Part shown: positions 32,073-45,853 of the stretch, in pieces | Position numbering within the stretch: the stretch's first letter is position 1 | Layout of the letters: every line of letters begins with the position of its first letter | Assembly (NCBI GenBank): GCA_964016885.1 | Contig: OZ024749.1 | Span: forward strand, 15,500,001-15,564,000 | DNA length: 64,000 nt | DNA from: Eledone cirrhosa | Lineage: Eukaryota | Reading direction: 5' to 3' | The notes under the pieces: model-generated | Seen by the model: the letters and a program-made list of their open reading frames with translations, nothing else | Told to the model about the DNA's origin: nothing | Databases searched by the model: none | Translations under genes and position numbers: made by a program

Positions 32073-32250
32073 GTGTCGCCGGTGACCCAACCATGCACAG
32101 GTTGTACTGGGTTACATGTTACCAGTAGCGCCGAAGAGCGACCTGCAACCCCACCTTGCTTGGTAAGGAGGGTGATTTCGGACACCCTGCGGGATGAAAA
32201 ACAAAACCTGTCAAAGGGCGGAGGAACTCAGGAGAGTCAACGGACATCCA
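32073..32250 (+). mobile_element. Structured fragment, probably the 5' UTR of an RTE-like LINE
   Basis: GC-richer island after (TATG)n with nested hairpins (GTGACCCA/TGGGTTAC, CAACC/GGTTG, GTCGC/GCGAC); family assignment from recall only. Confidence 0.35.
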
Positions 32251-32689
32251 ATAATATTTTTCTTATTTTTTTGTGGAGCGAGAGACCCCAAGTCTTCATT
32301 AAGACATCTCTCTAGAAGGTCACTCTGATATAAAATCGACGGCTTCATTTGTACCCAGTGATGTAGACCAGTTGTTCTTTTTGGGTAAATGCTTTCAATG
32401 GTCAGAGAGTTGAGTTGGCCCATGCAAAGCTTTTCCTCACTTAAAAAAGCTTCGGATGGAAAATCCGAAAATATTTGGGATCATTAAAAATTACTAAGGT
32501 AACTTTCTATCGTCCTCACTCTTTTATCTCAAATTTGTTTTCCTCAATCTATTTTCTCAAATTCTTATTACCTTGGACTTTTACCTAACACGCATTGTCG
32601 GGCTTCCAAATAACCAAACTTATTTCCTAGTTGTAAAGTATTTATATTTATCTTGAAACTTTTTTCTATGTAAGAACCCTTGTTAAACT

Positions 32690-32850
32690 ATGTTCCAAAC
32701 ACCAGCTGGCAAAAATGGGTTGTACCAGTAATTCAAAGATCAAGCCGTGTCACACACTGTGTTATGCCGATTCTCCGTGAGAAGTTCATTTAAGATATGT
32801 GTTTGTGGAATACTCAGCCACCTGCACGTTAGTTTCACGAGCAAGCTGTT
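32690..32850. mobile_element. Degraded SINE fragment (second family)
   Basis: CTCAGCCACCTGCACGTTAGTTTCACGAGCAAGCTGTT resembles an abundant octopus interspersed repeat (recall only). Confidence 0.35.
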
Positions 32851-32890
32851 TTGTTCGAACACTTAAGAACAATTTTGAGCAGCACAAATA

Positions 32891-33333
32891 TTTGAGGCAG
32901 ATGTCATGACCCAGTGTTTGAGTCAGATGTCATGACCCAGTGTTTGAGGCAGATGTTTTAACCTAGAGTTTGAGGCAGATGTCATGACCCAGTGTTTGAG
33001 GCAGATGTCATGACCCAGTGTTTGAGGCAGATGTCATGATCCAGTGTTTGTGTCAGATGTCATAACCTAGTGTTTGAGGCAGATGTCATGACCCAGTGTT
33101 TGAGGCAGATGTCATGACCCAGTGTTTGAGGCAGATGTCATGATCCAGTGTTTGAGGCAAATGTCATGACCCAGTTTTTGAGGGAGATGTCATGATCCAG
33201 TGTTTGAGTCAGATGTCATAACCTAGTGTTTGAGGCAGATGTCATGACCCAATGTTTGAGGCAGATGTCATGGCCCAATGTTTGAGGCAGATGTCATAAC
33301 CTAGAGTTTGAGTCAGATGTCATGACCCAGTGT
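32891..33333. repeat. 26-bp minisatellite TGTTTGAGGCAGATGTCATGACCCAG, about 17 copies
   Basis: Direct tandem copies with few substitutions and no spacers. Confidence 0.97.
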
Positions 33334-33669
33334 TCGATATTCTCTGAGTCTAAGAGACATTTGTAATGTAATGAGGTCTATTTTTAACATTTAATGAATG
33401 TTTTAAGTCTTTTAACCATCATTTACCTTGTAAGTACCACATGCAAGTACCACATGTGATCACCACATGTAGTGTTTCACACAAAATGTAAACTTACTAC
33501 ACAACACTGTATTTAGAAGCGGACAACATCAGATTTAAAATTGGACATAGGCAGGGATCGACTGTACGTTTAAACAATCACTGGAACATTCATCGTCGAA
33601 ACTGACGGCGATCCAATAAATTGAAATAATTCTAAAATCTATCTTTAGACAAATCTTAGTCACATCTTT

Positions 33670-35160
33670 TGTATATATGTCTTTGGGTATGTGTGTTAGT
33701 GTGGGTATGTATATATGTGTGTACGTGTGCATGTGTAAGTGTAGGTGTGTGGATATGTGATTGTGGATATGTATGTGGGGGTGTATGTGTGTATGCATGT
33801 ATATGTATGTGCGTTTGTGCGCATGTGTCTGTATGTGCGTTTGTGTGCATACGTCTGTTTGTATGTGTTTGTGTTTGTGTGCGAGTGTGTGTATGTATAT
33901 GTGCGTGTGTGTATGTGTCTGTTTGTATATGTATGTCTGTATGTATGTGTATGTATATGTGAAAGTGTGTAAGTGTTTTCCATTTCCACACAGCACGTCA
34001 CTTCGTTGGTTGTCTGCTGACTTTGTATGTATGTATATGTATATGTGCATGTGTCTATGTAAGTGTGTGTATGTGTGTGTGCATGTACGTGTTGTCTGTG
34101 TACGTGTGCATATATGTATGTATATGTGTATGTGTATCTGAGTGTGTGTGCATGTATGTATGTGTATGTATAAGCGAAAGTATGAGTTTTCCTCGTTGGT
34201 CGTCTGCTGACCTTGTATGTATGTATATGTGTATGTGCATGTGTGTATCTGAGTGTGTGTTTGTGTACGTGTGCATGTATGTATATATATGTGTATATGC
34301 ATGTGTGTATCTGAGTGTGTGTTTGTGTACGTGTGCATGTATGTATGTATATGTGTATGTGTATGTGCATGTGTGTATCTGAGTGTGTGTTTGTGTACGT
34401 GTGCATGTATGTATGTATATGTGTATGTGCATGTGTGTATCTGAGTGTGTGTTTGTGTACGTGTGCATGTATGTATGTATATGATATATATGTGTATGTG
34501 CATGTGTGTATCTGAGTGTGTGTTTGTGTACGTGTGCATGTATGTATATATATGTGTATATGCATGTGTGTATCTGAGTGTGTGTTTGTGTACGTGTGCA
34601 TGTATGTATGTATATGTGTATGTGCATGTGTGTATCTGAGTGTGTGTTTGTGTACGTGTGCATGTATGTATGTATATGTGTATGTGCATGTGTGTATCTG
34701 AGTGTGTGTTTGTGTACGTGTGCATGTATGTATGTATATGATATATATGTGTATGTGCATGTGTGTATCTGAGTGTGTGTTTGTGTACGTGTGCATGTAT
34801 GTATGTATATGTGTATGTGCATGTGTGTATCTGAGTGTGTGTTTGTGTATGTGTGCATGTATGTATATATATGTGTATGTGCATGTGTGTATCTGAGTGT
34901 GTGTTTGTGTACGTGTGCATGTATGTATATATATGTGCATGTGTGTATCTGAGTGTGTTTGTGTACGTGTGCATGTATGTATGTATATGTGTATGTGCAT
35001 GTGTGTACCTGAGTGTGTATGTGCATGTGTGTATCTGAGTGTGTGTTTGTGTACGTGTGTATCTGAGTGTGTGTTTGTGTACGTGTGCATGCATGTATGT
35101 ATGTATAAGCGAAAGTATGTGATTTCCTCGTTGGTCGTCTGCTGACCTTGTATGTATGTA
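33670..35160. repeat. GT/AT-rich low-complexity region containing a ~62-bp minisatellite bracketed by a ~60-bp direct repeat
   Basis: Unit GTGTGTATCTGAGTGTGTGTTTGTGTACGTGTGCATGTATG...; GTATAAGCGAAAGTATG..TTCCTCGTTGGTCGTCTGCTGACCTTG occurs at ~34168 and ~35103. Confidence 0.92.
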
Positions 35161-35398
35161 ATTCCAAACGAAAACAATTTACTGATGTCTCCAAGTAATT
35201 TGTTATTGTATTTTGTCTACCTTTGCTTTACCTATGTTCACTTCTTTGATATTCCAAACCATGTCGTTCCATCCATGCCATCCTCACCGAATTATTTACA
35301 CATTCTTCCATTATTGTTTGGTTCAATGGTTTTCATAAACAAAGCGATTTCTTTTTTTTTTTTATTCCTAACCAATAAATAAATAATTCTGTATATCA

Positions 35399-35410
35399 AC
35401 TACCACCACC

Positions 35411-35486
<76 letters not shown>

Positions 35487-36356
35487 TTGTTGCTGCTGCT
35501 AGTACTACTACCACCACCCTATTAACACTACCACCACCACTACTACTACTACTACAACCACTACTACAACCTCTACCACTACTATTACCAACACTACCAC
35601 TACCAGTACCAATACCACCACTACCAGTACCACCACCACCGCTACTACTACCACCACTACCACTACTGCCATCACCACCACTACCACTACTACCATCACC
35701 ACCACTACCACTACTGCTATCACCACCACTACCACCATTACCACTACTGCCATCACCACCATTACCACTATCACCACCACCACCACTACAACTATCACCA
35801 CCACTACCACCACCATTACTACCATCACCACCACTACCACTATCACCACCACCACCATTACTACCATCACCACCACTACAACTATCACCACCACTATCAC
35901 CACCATTACTACCATCACCACCACTACCACCACCATTACTACCATCACAACCACTACCACTATCACCACCACCACCACCACTACTACTCTCACCACCACT
36001 ACCACTATCACCACTACTACCATCACCCCCACTATCACCACCACTATCACCACTACTACCATCACCCCCTATCACCACCACTACCACTATCACCACTACT
36101 ACCATCACCACCACTATCACCACCACTACTACTATCACCACTACTACCATCACCACCACTACCACCACTACTACCATCACCACCACTACCACTATCACCA
36201 CTACTACCATCACCACCACTACCACCACTACTACCATCACCACCACTATCACCACCACTACTACTATCACCACTACTACTATCACCACCACTACCACCAC
36301 TACTACCATCACCACCACTACCACTATCACCACCACTACTACCACCACCACCACTA
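35399..36356. repeat. (ACC/ACT/ATC)n trinucleotide block
   Basis: Visible mixed trinucleotide repeat. Confidence 0.97.
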
Positions 36357-36423
36357 TCTATTTATCTATCGGTCTATATATCTATTAATAAACCACTCAG
36401 AACGTCTCTATTTCTATCTATCT

Positions 36424-39400
36424 GTAGTTGTTGCTGTAGTAGTGGTGGTGTAGTGGTATGGTGGTGTAGTGGTGGTGTAGTGGTGTAGTTGTTGCTGTAG
36501 TAGTGGTGGTGTAGTGGTATGGTGGTGTAGTGGTGGTGTAGTGGTGTAGTTGTTGCTGTAGTAGTGGTGGTGTAGTGGTATGGTGGTGTAGTGGTGGTGT
36601 AGTGGTGTAGTTGTTGCTGTAGTAGTGGTGGTGTAGTGGTATGGTGGTGTAGTGGTGGTGTAGTGGTGTAGTTGTTGCTGTAGTAGTGGTGGTGTAGTGG
36701 TATGGTGGTGTAGTGGTGGTGTAGTGGTGTAGTTGTTGCTGTAGTAGTGGTGGTGTAGTGGTATGGTGGTGTAGTGGTGGTGTAGTGGTGTAGTTGTTGC
36801 TGTAGTAGTGGTGGTGTAGTGGTATGGTGGTGTAGTGGTGGTGTAGTGGTGTAGTTGTTGCTGTAGTAGTGGTGGTGTAGTGGTATGGTGGTGTAGTGGT
36901 GGTGTAGTGGTGTAGTTGTTGCTGTAGTAGTGGTGGTGTAGTGGTATGGTGGTGTAGTGGTGGTGTAGTGGTGTAGTTGTTGCTGTAGTAGTGGTGGTGT
37001 AGTGGTATGGTGGTGTAGTGGTGGTGTAGTGGTGTAGTTGTTGCTGTAGTAGTGGTGGTGTAGTGGTATGGTGGTGTAGTGGTGGTGTAGTGGTGTAGTT
37101 GTTGCTGTAGTAGTGGTGGTGTAGTGGTATGGTGGTGTAGTGGTGTAGTTGTTGCTGTAGTAGTGGTGGTGTAGTGGTATGGTGGTGTAGTGGTGTAGTT
37201 GTTGCTGTAGTGGTGGTGGTGTAGTGGTATGGTGGTGTAGTGGTGTAGTTGTTGCTGTAGTGGTGGTGGTGTAGTGGTATGGTGGTATGGTGGTGTAGTT
37301 GTTGCTGTAGTAGTGGTGACTGTAGTGGTATGGTGGTGTAGTGGTGTAGTTGTTGTTGTAGTAGTGGTGACTGTAGTGGTGTAGTGGTGTAGTTGTTGTT
37401 GTAGTAGTGGTGACTGTAGTGGTGTAGTGGTGTAGTTGTTGTTGTAGTAGTGGTGACTGTAGTGGTATGGTGGTGTAGTGGTGTAGTTGTTGTTGTAGTA
37501 GTGGTGACTGTAGTGGTGTAGTTGTTGCTGTAGTCGTGGTGGTGTAGTGGTATGGTGGTGTAGTGGTGTAGTTGTTGCTGTAGTAGTGGTGGTGTAGTGG
37601 TATGGTGGTGTAGTGGTGTAGTTGTTGCTGTAGTAGTGGTGGTGTAGTGGTGTAGTTGTTGCTGTAGTAGTGGTGGTGTAGTGGTATGGTGGTGTAATAG
37701 TGTAGTTGTTGCTGTAGTAGTGGTGGTGTAATGGTATGGTGGTGTAGTGGTGTAGTTGTTGCTGTAGTAGTGGTGGTGTAGCGGTATGGTGGTATGGTGG
37801 TGTAGTTGTTGCTGTAGTAGTGGTGGTGTAGTGGTATGGTGGTGTAGTTGTTGCTGTAGTAGTGGTGGTGTAGTGGTATGGTGGTGTAGTGGTGTAGTTG
37901 TTGTTGTAGTAGTGGTGGTGTAGTGGTGGTGTAGTGGTATGGAGGTGTAGTGGTGTAGTTGTTGCTGTAGTAGTGGTGGTGTAGTGGTATGGTGGTGTAG
38001 TGGTGTAGATGTTGCTGTAGTAGTGGTGGTGTAGTGGTATGGTGGTGTAGTGGTGTAGTTGTTGCTGTAGTAGTGGTGGTGTAATGGTATGGTGGTGTAG
38101 TGGTGTAGTTGTTGCTGTAGTAGTGGTGGTGTAGTGGTATGGTGGTGTAATAGTGTAGTTGTTGCTGTAGTAGTGGTGGTGTAATGGTATGGTGGTGTAG
38201 TGGTGTAGTTGTTGCTGTAGTAGTGGTGGTGTAGCGGTATGGTGGTATGGTGGTGTAGTTGTTGTTGTAGTAGTGGTGGTGTAGTGGTATGGTGGTGTAG
38301 TTGTTGCTGTAGTAGTGGTGGTGTAGTGGTATGGTGGTATGGTGGTGTAGTTGTTGTTGTAGTAGTGGTGGTGTAGTGGTATGGTGGTGTAGTTGTGTAG
38401 TTGTTGCTGTAGTAGTGGTGACTGTAGTGGTATGGTGGTGTAGTGGTGTTGTTGTTGCTGTAGTAGTGGTGGTGTAGTGGTGTAGTTGTTGCTGTAGTGG
38501 TGGTGGTGGTGTAGTGGTATGGTGGTGTAGTGGTGTAGTTGTTGTTGTAGTAGTGGTGACTGTAGTGGTATGGTGGTGTAGTTGTTGCTGTAGTAGTGGT
38601 GACTGTAGTGGTATGGTGGTGTAGTGGTGTTGTTGTTGCTGTAGTAGTGGTGGTGTAGTGGTGTAGTTGTTGCTGTAGTGGTGGTGGTGGTGTAGCGGTA
38701 TGGTGGTGTAGTGGTGTAGTTGTTGCTGTAGTAGTGGTGACTGTAGTGGTATGGTGGTGTAGTGGTGTTGTTGTTGCTGTAGTAGTGGTGACTGTAGTGG
38801 TGTAGTTGTTGCTGTAGTGGTGGTGGTGGTGTAGCGGTATGGTGGTGTAGTGGTGTAGTTGTTGCTGTAGTAGTGGTGACTGTAGCGGTATGGTAGTGTA
38901 GTGGTGTAGTTGTTGCTGTAGTAGTGGTGACTGTAGTGGTGGTAGTGTAGTGGTATGGTGGTGTAGTGGTGTAGTTGTTGTTGTAGTAGTGGTGACTGTA
39001 GCGGTATGGTGGTGTAGTGGTGTAGTTGTTGTTGTAGTAGTGGTGGTGTAGTGGTGTAGTTGTTGCTGTAGTAGTGGTGGTGTAGTGGTATGGTGGTGTA
39101 GTGGTGTAGTTGTTGCTGTAGTAGTGGTGACTGTAGTGGTGGTAGTGTAGTGGTATGGTGGTGTAGTGGTGTAGTTGTTGTTGTAGTAGTGGTGGTGTAG
39201 TGGTGTAGTTGTTGCTGTAGTAGTGGTGACTGTAGTGGTATGGTGGTGTAGTGGTGTAGTTGTTGTTGTAGTAGTGGTGACTGTAGCGGTAGTGTAGTGG
39301 TGTAGTTGTTGTTGTAGTAGTGGTGACTGTAGTGGTGGTAGTGTAGTGGTATGGTGGTGTAGTGGTGTAGTTGTTGTTGTAGTAGTGGTGACTGTAGCGG

Positions 39401-40150
39401 TAGTGTAGTGGTGTAGTTGTTGTTGTAGTAGTGGTGACTGTAGTGGTATGGTGGTGTAGTGGTGTTGTTGTTGCTGTAGTAGTGGTGGTGTAGTGGTGTA
39501 GTTGTTGCTGTAGTAGTGGTGGTGTAGTGGTATGGTGGTGTAGTGGTGTAGTTGTTGCTGTAGTAGTGGTGACTGTAGTGGTGGTAGTGTAGTGGTATGG
39601 TGGTGTAGTGGTGTAGTTGTTGTTGTAGTAGTGGTGACTGTAGCGGTAGTGTAGTGGTGTAGTTGTTGTTGTAGTAGTGGTGACTGTAGTGGTATGGTGG
39701 TGTAGTGGTGTAGTTGTTGCTGTAGTAGTGGTGACTGTAGCGGTATGGTGGTATGGTGGTGTAGTTGTTGCTGTAGTAGTGGTGACTGTAGTGGTATGGT
39801 GGTGTAGTGGTGTAGTTGTTGCTGTAGTAGTGGTGGTGTAGTGGTATGGTAGTGTAGTGGTGTAGTTGTTGCTGTAGTAGTGGTGGTGTAGTGGTGTAGT
39901 TGTTTCTGTAGTGGTGGTGTAGTGGTATGGTGGTGTAGTGATGATATGGTGGTGTAGTGATGGTGTAGTGGTGTAGTGGTATAGTGATGTAGTGGTATAG
40001 TGGTGTAGTAGTAGAGCTGTTGCTGTAGTGGTGTAGTGGTGATGTAGTAGTGGTGATGTAGTGGTGGTAGTGTATTGGTCTGGTGGTGTAGTGCTGTTGC
40101 TGTAGTGGTATGGTGGTGTTATATGTGCTGTAGTAGTGGCTGTAGTAGTG
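36424..40150. repeat. GTA/GTG-derived satellite: 61-bp unit grading into ~50-bp and degenerate units
   Basis: GTAGTTGTTGCTG recurs at 36424, 36485 and 36546 (period 61), then with shorter periods. Confidence 0.97.
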
Positions 40151-40269
40151 TAGTCGTATAGTACAGTTTGTAGTATTCTATTAGTGGTGTTATATTTGTG
40201 ACTGCAGTGATACCACCACTGAGTTCATATTAGAACCAAACATAGAATTCTTTTGTCCTATTCCTGCAA

Positions 40270-40645
40270 ATACCTCCTCATGTCTTAATCTCCAAGAATC
40301 TCCAAAAGTATCATTCCAAAAATATCTGCAATTCCTACCAATTTTTCAACAAGATATCTCCATGTCTTAAACTCCAAGAATCTCCAAGACAGTACGTCTG
40401 TGTACTACCGTATTATTCTCCAAGAATCTTCAAGTCAGCAGCTGTATAGTTCCGCACAGAATCTCCGCGTGTCACAATCTCCAAGACGTCACGTGTGTAG
40501 TTCTCTATTGTTCAGGAAATATCCGCCATTCCTATCAATTCTTCAACAGAATCTCCCCATGTCGCAATCTCCAAGAATCTTCAAGACATCAGATGTGTAG
40601 TTCCATATTGTTCCAGAAATATCCGCCATTTCTACCAATTCTTCA
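40270..40645. repeat. Degenerate tandem repeat (AATCTCCAAGAATCT motif)
   Basis: Several imperfect copies, including AAATATCCGCCATT..CAATTCTTCAA twice. Confidence 0.7.
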
Positions 40646-40752
40646 AATTTCAATTCTGTTTATTCTTAGAATCTTTTAATTCTATTCTGTGTCAAAAATA
40701 AAGATTCTGTTTAACGTTTGGATAAAGATAAAGTAGAGAAGCCTATAGACAG

Positions 40753-40990
40753 ACTCAGTGGGGATGTCACGGTTGGATATACTCAGTGTGTAGGTCACAG
40801 TTCGATAAATAAAGTCAGTATGGTGGTTACGGTTCGATAAATAAAGTCAGTGTGGTGGTTACGGTTGGATAAATAAAGTCAGTGTGGAGGTCATGGTTGG
40901 ATAAATAAACTCAGTGTGGACGTCACGGTTGGATAAATAAACTCAGTTTGGAGGTCACGGTTGGATAAATATACTCAATGTGGAGGCCAC
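40753..40990. repeat. ~32-bp minisatellite GTCACGGTTGGATAAATAAACTCAGTGTGGAG, about 7 copies
   Basis: Direct tandem copies. Confidence 0.92.
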
Positions 40991-41110
40991 TTGGTGTGGT
41001 ATGACTAGATAGACAGACAAATGGACCGAGGGACAGACAGAAAGTGAAGATGTTGATTGGATGGATAGACAGGGCGATAGATACTGCCCACCCTATGTAT
41101 ATATATATGT

Positions 41111-41286
41111 AATTGTTTCTACTTTAGGCACAAGGGCAGCAATTACCCAGTTCATTACTGATACTTTATTTTATCGACCCCGTAAGGATGAAAGGCAAAG
41201 TCAACCTCGACAGGATTTGAACTCAGACCGTAAAGGGACGTAACTATGCTGGAAAGCATGGCGTCCGACCCTCTACCGATACTGCC
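41111..41286 (-). mobile_element. tRNA-derived SINE (family S1)
   Basis: B-box GAGTTCAAATCC, A-box-like GGCAGTATCGG, central GCCTTTCATCCTTACGGGGTCGATAAAATAAAGTA (Meta-domain-like); 8 copies in window. Confidence 0.88.
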
Positions 41287-41294
41287 TATATTAT

Positions 41295-41340
<46 letters not shown>

Positions 41341-41345
<5 letters not shown>

Positions 41346-41676
41346 CAATATATAAGCAGTTTTATAAATAAATTTGACGTACCATAAATATTGTTCAACT
41401 TCCATTTAAAAAGGTTGGTTTGGAAGTTGAACAATATTTATGGTACGTCAAATTTATTTATAAAACCGCTTATATATTGTATTTTATCTGAAGAAGGCAT
41501 GAAATATTTTTAATATGGTATCCCTGAAATATGTATAATGAAATAAATATGGTTTTATAAATATAGTTTCCATTTGTTTAATATCGTATATCTACTCCAA
41601 AACTTGTTGAGTGCTTTATATAAGTTATAAAATATTTACTCGTTGTAACCCAACAATTTTAAATAAAACTTTTGCA
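41341..41676 (+). mobile_element. Penelope-type pseudo-LTR fragment, family A, with 5' inverted duplication, within (TA)n
   Basis: 41341-41404 is inverted at 41421-41485; contains a hammerhead; homologous to 43695-44100, 58257-58616 and 60744-61195. Confidence 0.75.
41480..41545 (+). ncRNA. Minimal type I hammerhead ribozyme (family A)
   Basis: TATTTTAT-CTGAAGA-AGG..CCT-GAAA-T ATGT A-TA^-ATGAAATA; stem I pairs 8 bp. Confidence 0.75.
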
Positions 41677-41785
41677 TATATATATATATATATATATATA
41701 ATGGAAAATTTGAACAGGAACAAAACAGAGAGGCAGTACAACGAATGTTTATTAATTTCACGCTCTGGAGAGTGGGGTGGTGGTG

Positions 41786-41826
41786 GGGAACGACGTTTCG
41801 GGCATAAGCCCTTCTTCAGGTGAAAA
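41786..41826 (-). ncRNA. Hammerhead-like motif of the Penelope type
   Basis: CTGAAGA-A-GGGC TTAT GCCC-GAAA-CGTCG; stem I is poorly paired. Confidence 0.5.
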
Positions 41827-42176
41827 GTGTGTGGGAAGAGAGTTCAAAGGGTGTGTAGGGGAGTGGTGGAGAGACATATAGCGAAAAGGGGGTGGGAGGA
41901 AACGGTGCGAATGAAATTAAAAATAAAAGCATGATCAAAATAAAATAAAATTAAAATGGGGTAAAACAGGTGGTGGAAGGGTGAAGGGTGTAGGGTGTGT
42001 AGGGGTGGTGGCGGGTGGAGTGTGGAGAGGGAGACGGGGTGTCCGAGCGGGGAGGGCTGAAGGTGGTGTGTGTGTGTAGGTGTACGTGTGTGTGTGTGTG
42101 TATGTGAAAGCTACAGTCATGCTAGAAAACGCCGCGAAAAATGCTACTCCAAAGAATATTTAACAAAGGCATATAT

Positions 42177-42360
42177 AATTGTTTCTACTTTAGGCACAAG
42201 GCCAGCAATTACCCAGTGCATTACTGGTACTTTATTTTATCGACCCCGTAAGGATGAAACGCAAAGTTAACCTCGGCGGGATTTGAACTCAGAATGGCAA
42301 GGGCCGTAACTCTATGCGTCAAAGCATGGCGTCCGACCCTCTACCGATACTGCCAATCCA
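42177..42360 (-). mobile_element. SINE S1 copy
   Basis: Near full-length match to the other S1 copies. Confidence 0.88.
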
Positions 42361-42418
42361 CTGGCCCTAGGCATATATAATGGGTGTCTGTATGGTCTAA
42401 TGTGTGAAGCGAAAATTG

Positions 42419-42590
42419 AGGCACAAGGCCAGCAATTACCCAGTGCATTACTGGTACTTTATTTTATCGATCCCGTAAGGATGAAAGACAAAGTCAACCT
42501 CGGCGGGATTTGAACTCAGATCGTAAAGGGACATAACTATGCTGGAAAGCATGGCGTCCGACCCTCCACCGATACTGCCAATCCACCGCC
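42419..42590 (-). mobile_element. SINE S1 copy with intact 5' end GGCGGTGGATTGGCAG
   Basis: Match to S1, with A- and B-boxes. Confidence 0.88.
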
Positions 42591-43694
42591 TTGGCGGGAT
42601 TAATATAATGAACTTACAGAGAGAGTCTTATATGGAAAAGTTAATCTCGATAAGATATCAGGATGGGATATAGAGTAAAGATTTCGATTGTGAATCCCAG
42701 CCAGCACCTCCTAACCACTAGTCAGCCACTTACGAGTGGTATTGTCCAGCGAAAGAAATGGAAATTAATTTTTCCGAGTACTCTAGGAACGTAGCTACCT
42801 TAAGCCCCGGATGTGCTAGCGGGAAGTCTACAATTTCGACAGGCCGTCGTCTATACCAAACGAACACTATTAATTCACACATGAGGGGTTTATTTACGTG
42901 CCAGTAGAGGCATGATACAGCTAACAGTTATGCCTAAGCCTGGAGTTTATAGGTATAAGTATAATATGGCGGCCAAAACAGGCGGCGCGGTGGGACCGGG
43001 GCAAAGCATCCGCTCCGAGTAATTTCGTTTACCGAAAGAGGGGAAATTTATTTTTCCAAGCACTCAAGGAAGGCTGAACTTTCCGAGTGCCAAGCGCGCA
43101 GCCGGGAAAAGCCACCACATAAGTCGAAGGTGGCAACCCAACGAAAAGTGCAAATAGACCATAATTATTTTAAAGTTAGTCCGGGTTTAGGTAGTGTGGA
43201 TCTTTGGTGGGTAGGGGGCTAAGAAAGGTACATAATGACCTGAGTAAGGAAAGTTTCAAAAAAAAAAAAAATAAAAGCAGGATACAAAGATAATATACAA
43301 AGATAAAGAATACATTGATAAAAATACATTAATAAATTAATGAAAAATTAATAAAAGTAAATAACTAGGGATGTAGTAAGACGGAAGTATATAAGAACGT
43401 ATCGGAGGAATCCCAGTAAAGGGGAAATACAATATAGATTAAGTTGTAGTAAGATAATAGAGGTTGTACATATAGATATAGAGGATGGAAGAGATGGAAT
43501 GGTAACAGGTGGTATCTAGTGTAAAGTTCGGGTCTCCGAATTCAGTGTGAGTCACAAACAAGTCCTGAGATATAGAGTAGAGAATTCATATATATATATA
43601 TAATATATATATAATATATATATATATAATATATATATATATAATATATATATAATATATATATATAATATATATATAATATATATATATATAT

Positions 43695-44251
<557 letters not shown>

Positions 44252-44257
44252 TATAAT

Positions 44258-44384
44258 CCCTTGCCATTCTGAGTTCAAATCCCGCCGAGGTTAACTTTGC
44301 CTTTCATCCTTACGGGGTCGATAAAATAAAGTACCAGTAATACACTGGATAATTTCTGGCCTTGTGACAAAAGTAGAAACAATT
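44258..44384 (+). mobile_element. SINE S1 copy, 5'-truncated
   Basis: B-box through 3' end AAAGTAGAAACAATT. Confidence 0.85.
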
Positions 44385-44484
44385 TATATATATATATACA
44401 CACATATATATATATATATAATATATATAATATATATATATATATAATATATATAATATATATATATAATATACATATATATAT

Positions 44485-44551
<67 letters not shown>

Positions 44552-44554
44552 TAC

Positions 44555-44632
<78 letters not shown>

Positions 44633-44659
44633 ATATATATAATATATATAATATATATA

Positions 44660-44736
<77 letters not shown>

Positions 44737-44739
44737 TAC

Positions 44740-44808
<69 letters not shown>

Positions 44809-44846
44809 ATATATATATATATAATATATATAATACATTATATATA

Positions 44847-45657
<811 letters not shown>

Positions 45658-45688
45658 AGATCAAAAGATGGTTAAAGGAGTTCCATGT

Positions 45689-45757
45689 ATTTTATTATGC
45701 GCATTTCAAAAACAAACATCATCATGCAATAATATTTGTGTTTTCATCAGATAAAAC
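45689..45757 (-). ncRNA. Minimal type I hammerhead ribozyme at the 3' end of the Penelope element
   Basis: GTTTTAT-CTGATGA-AAACACAAA..TTTGTTTTT-GAAA-T GCGC A-TA^-ATAAAAT; palindromic loop III. Confidence 0.8.
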
Positions 45758-45853
45758 AGGCGAACATGATATGAAGGCTAAAAAACACTTGTGGATAGTG
45801 CAGTTTTAAATCAACATATGAAAAGTAGTTTTAGATTGATGTGTGATATTGGG

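Noticed and set aside
32891-33333. CRISPR-like regular 26-bp repeats
   Set aside because: No unique spacers and no cas genes; eukaryotic minisatellite
33535-36354. His/Thr-rich and Gly/Ser/Val-rich ORFs
   Set aside because: Products of minisatellite and trinucleotide repeats
42600-43590. Unique-looking GC-richer segment as a possible host exon
   Set aside because: No ORF, convincing splice pattern or recognisable homology visible
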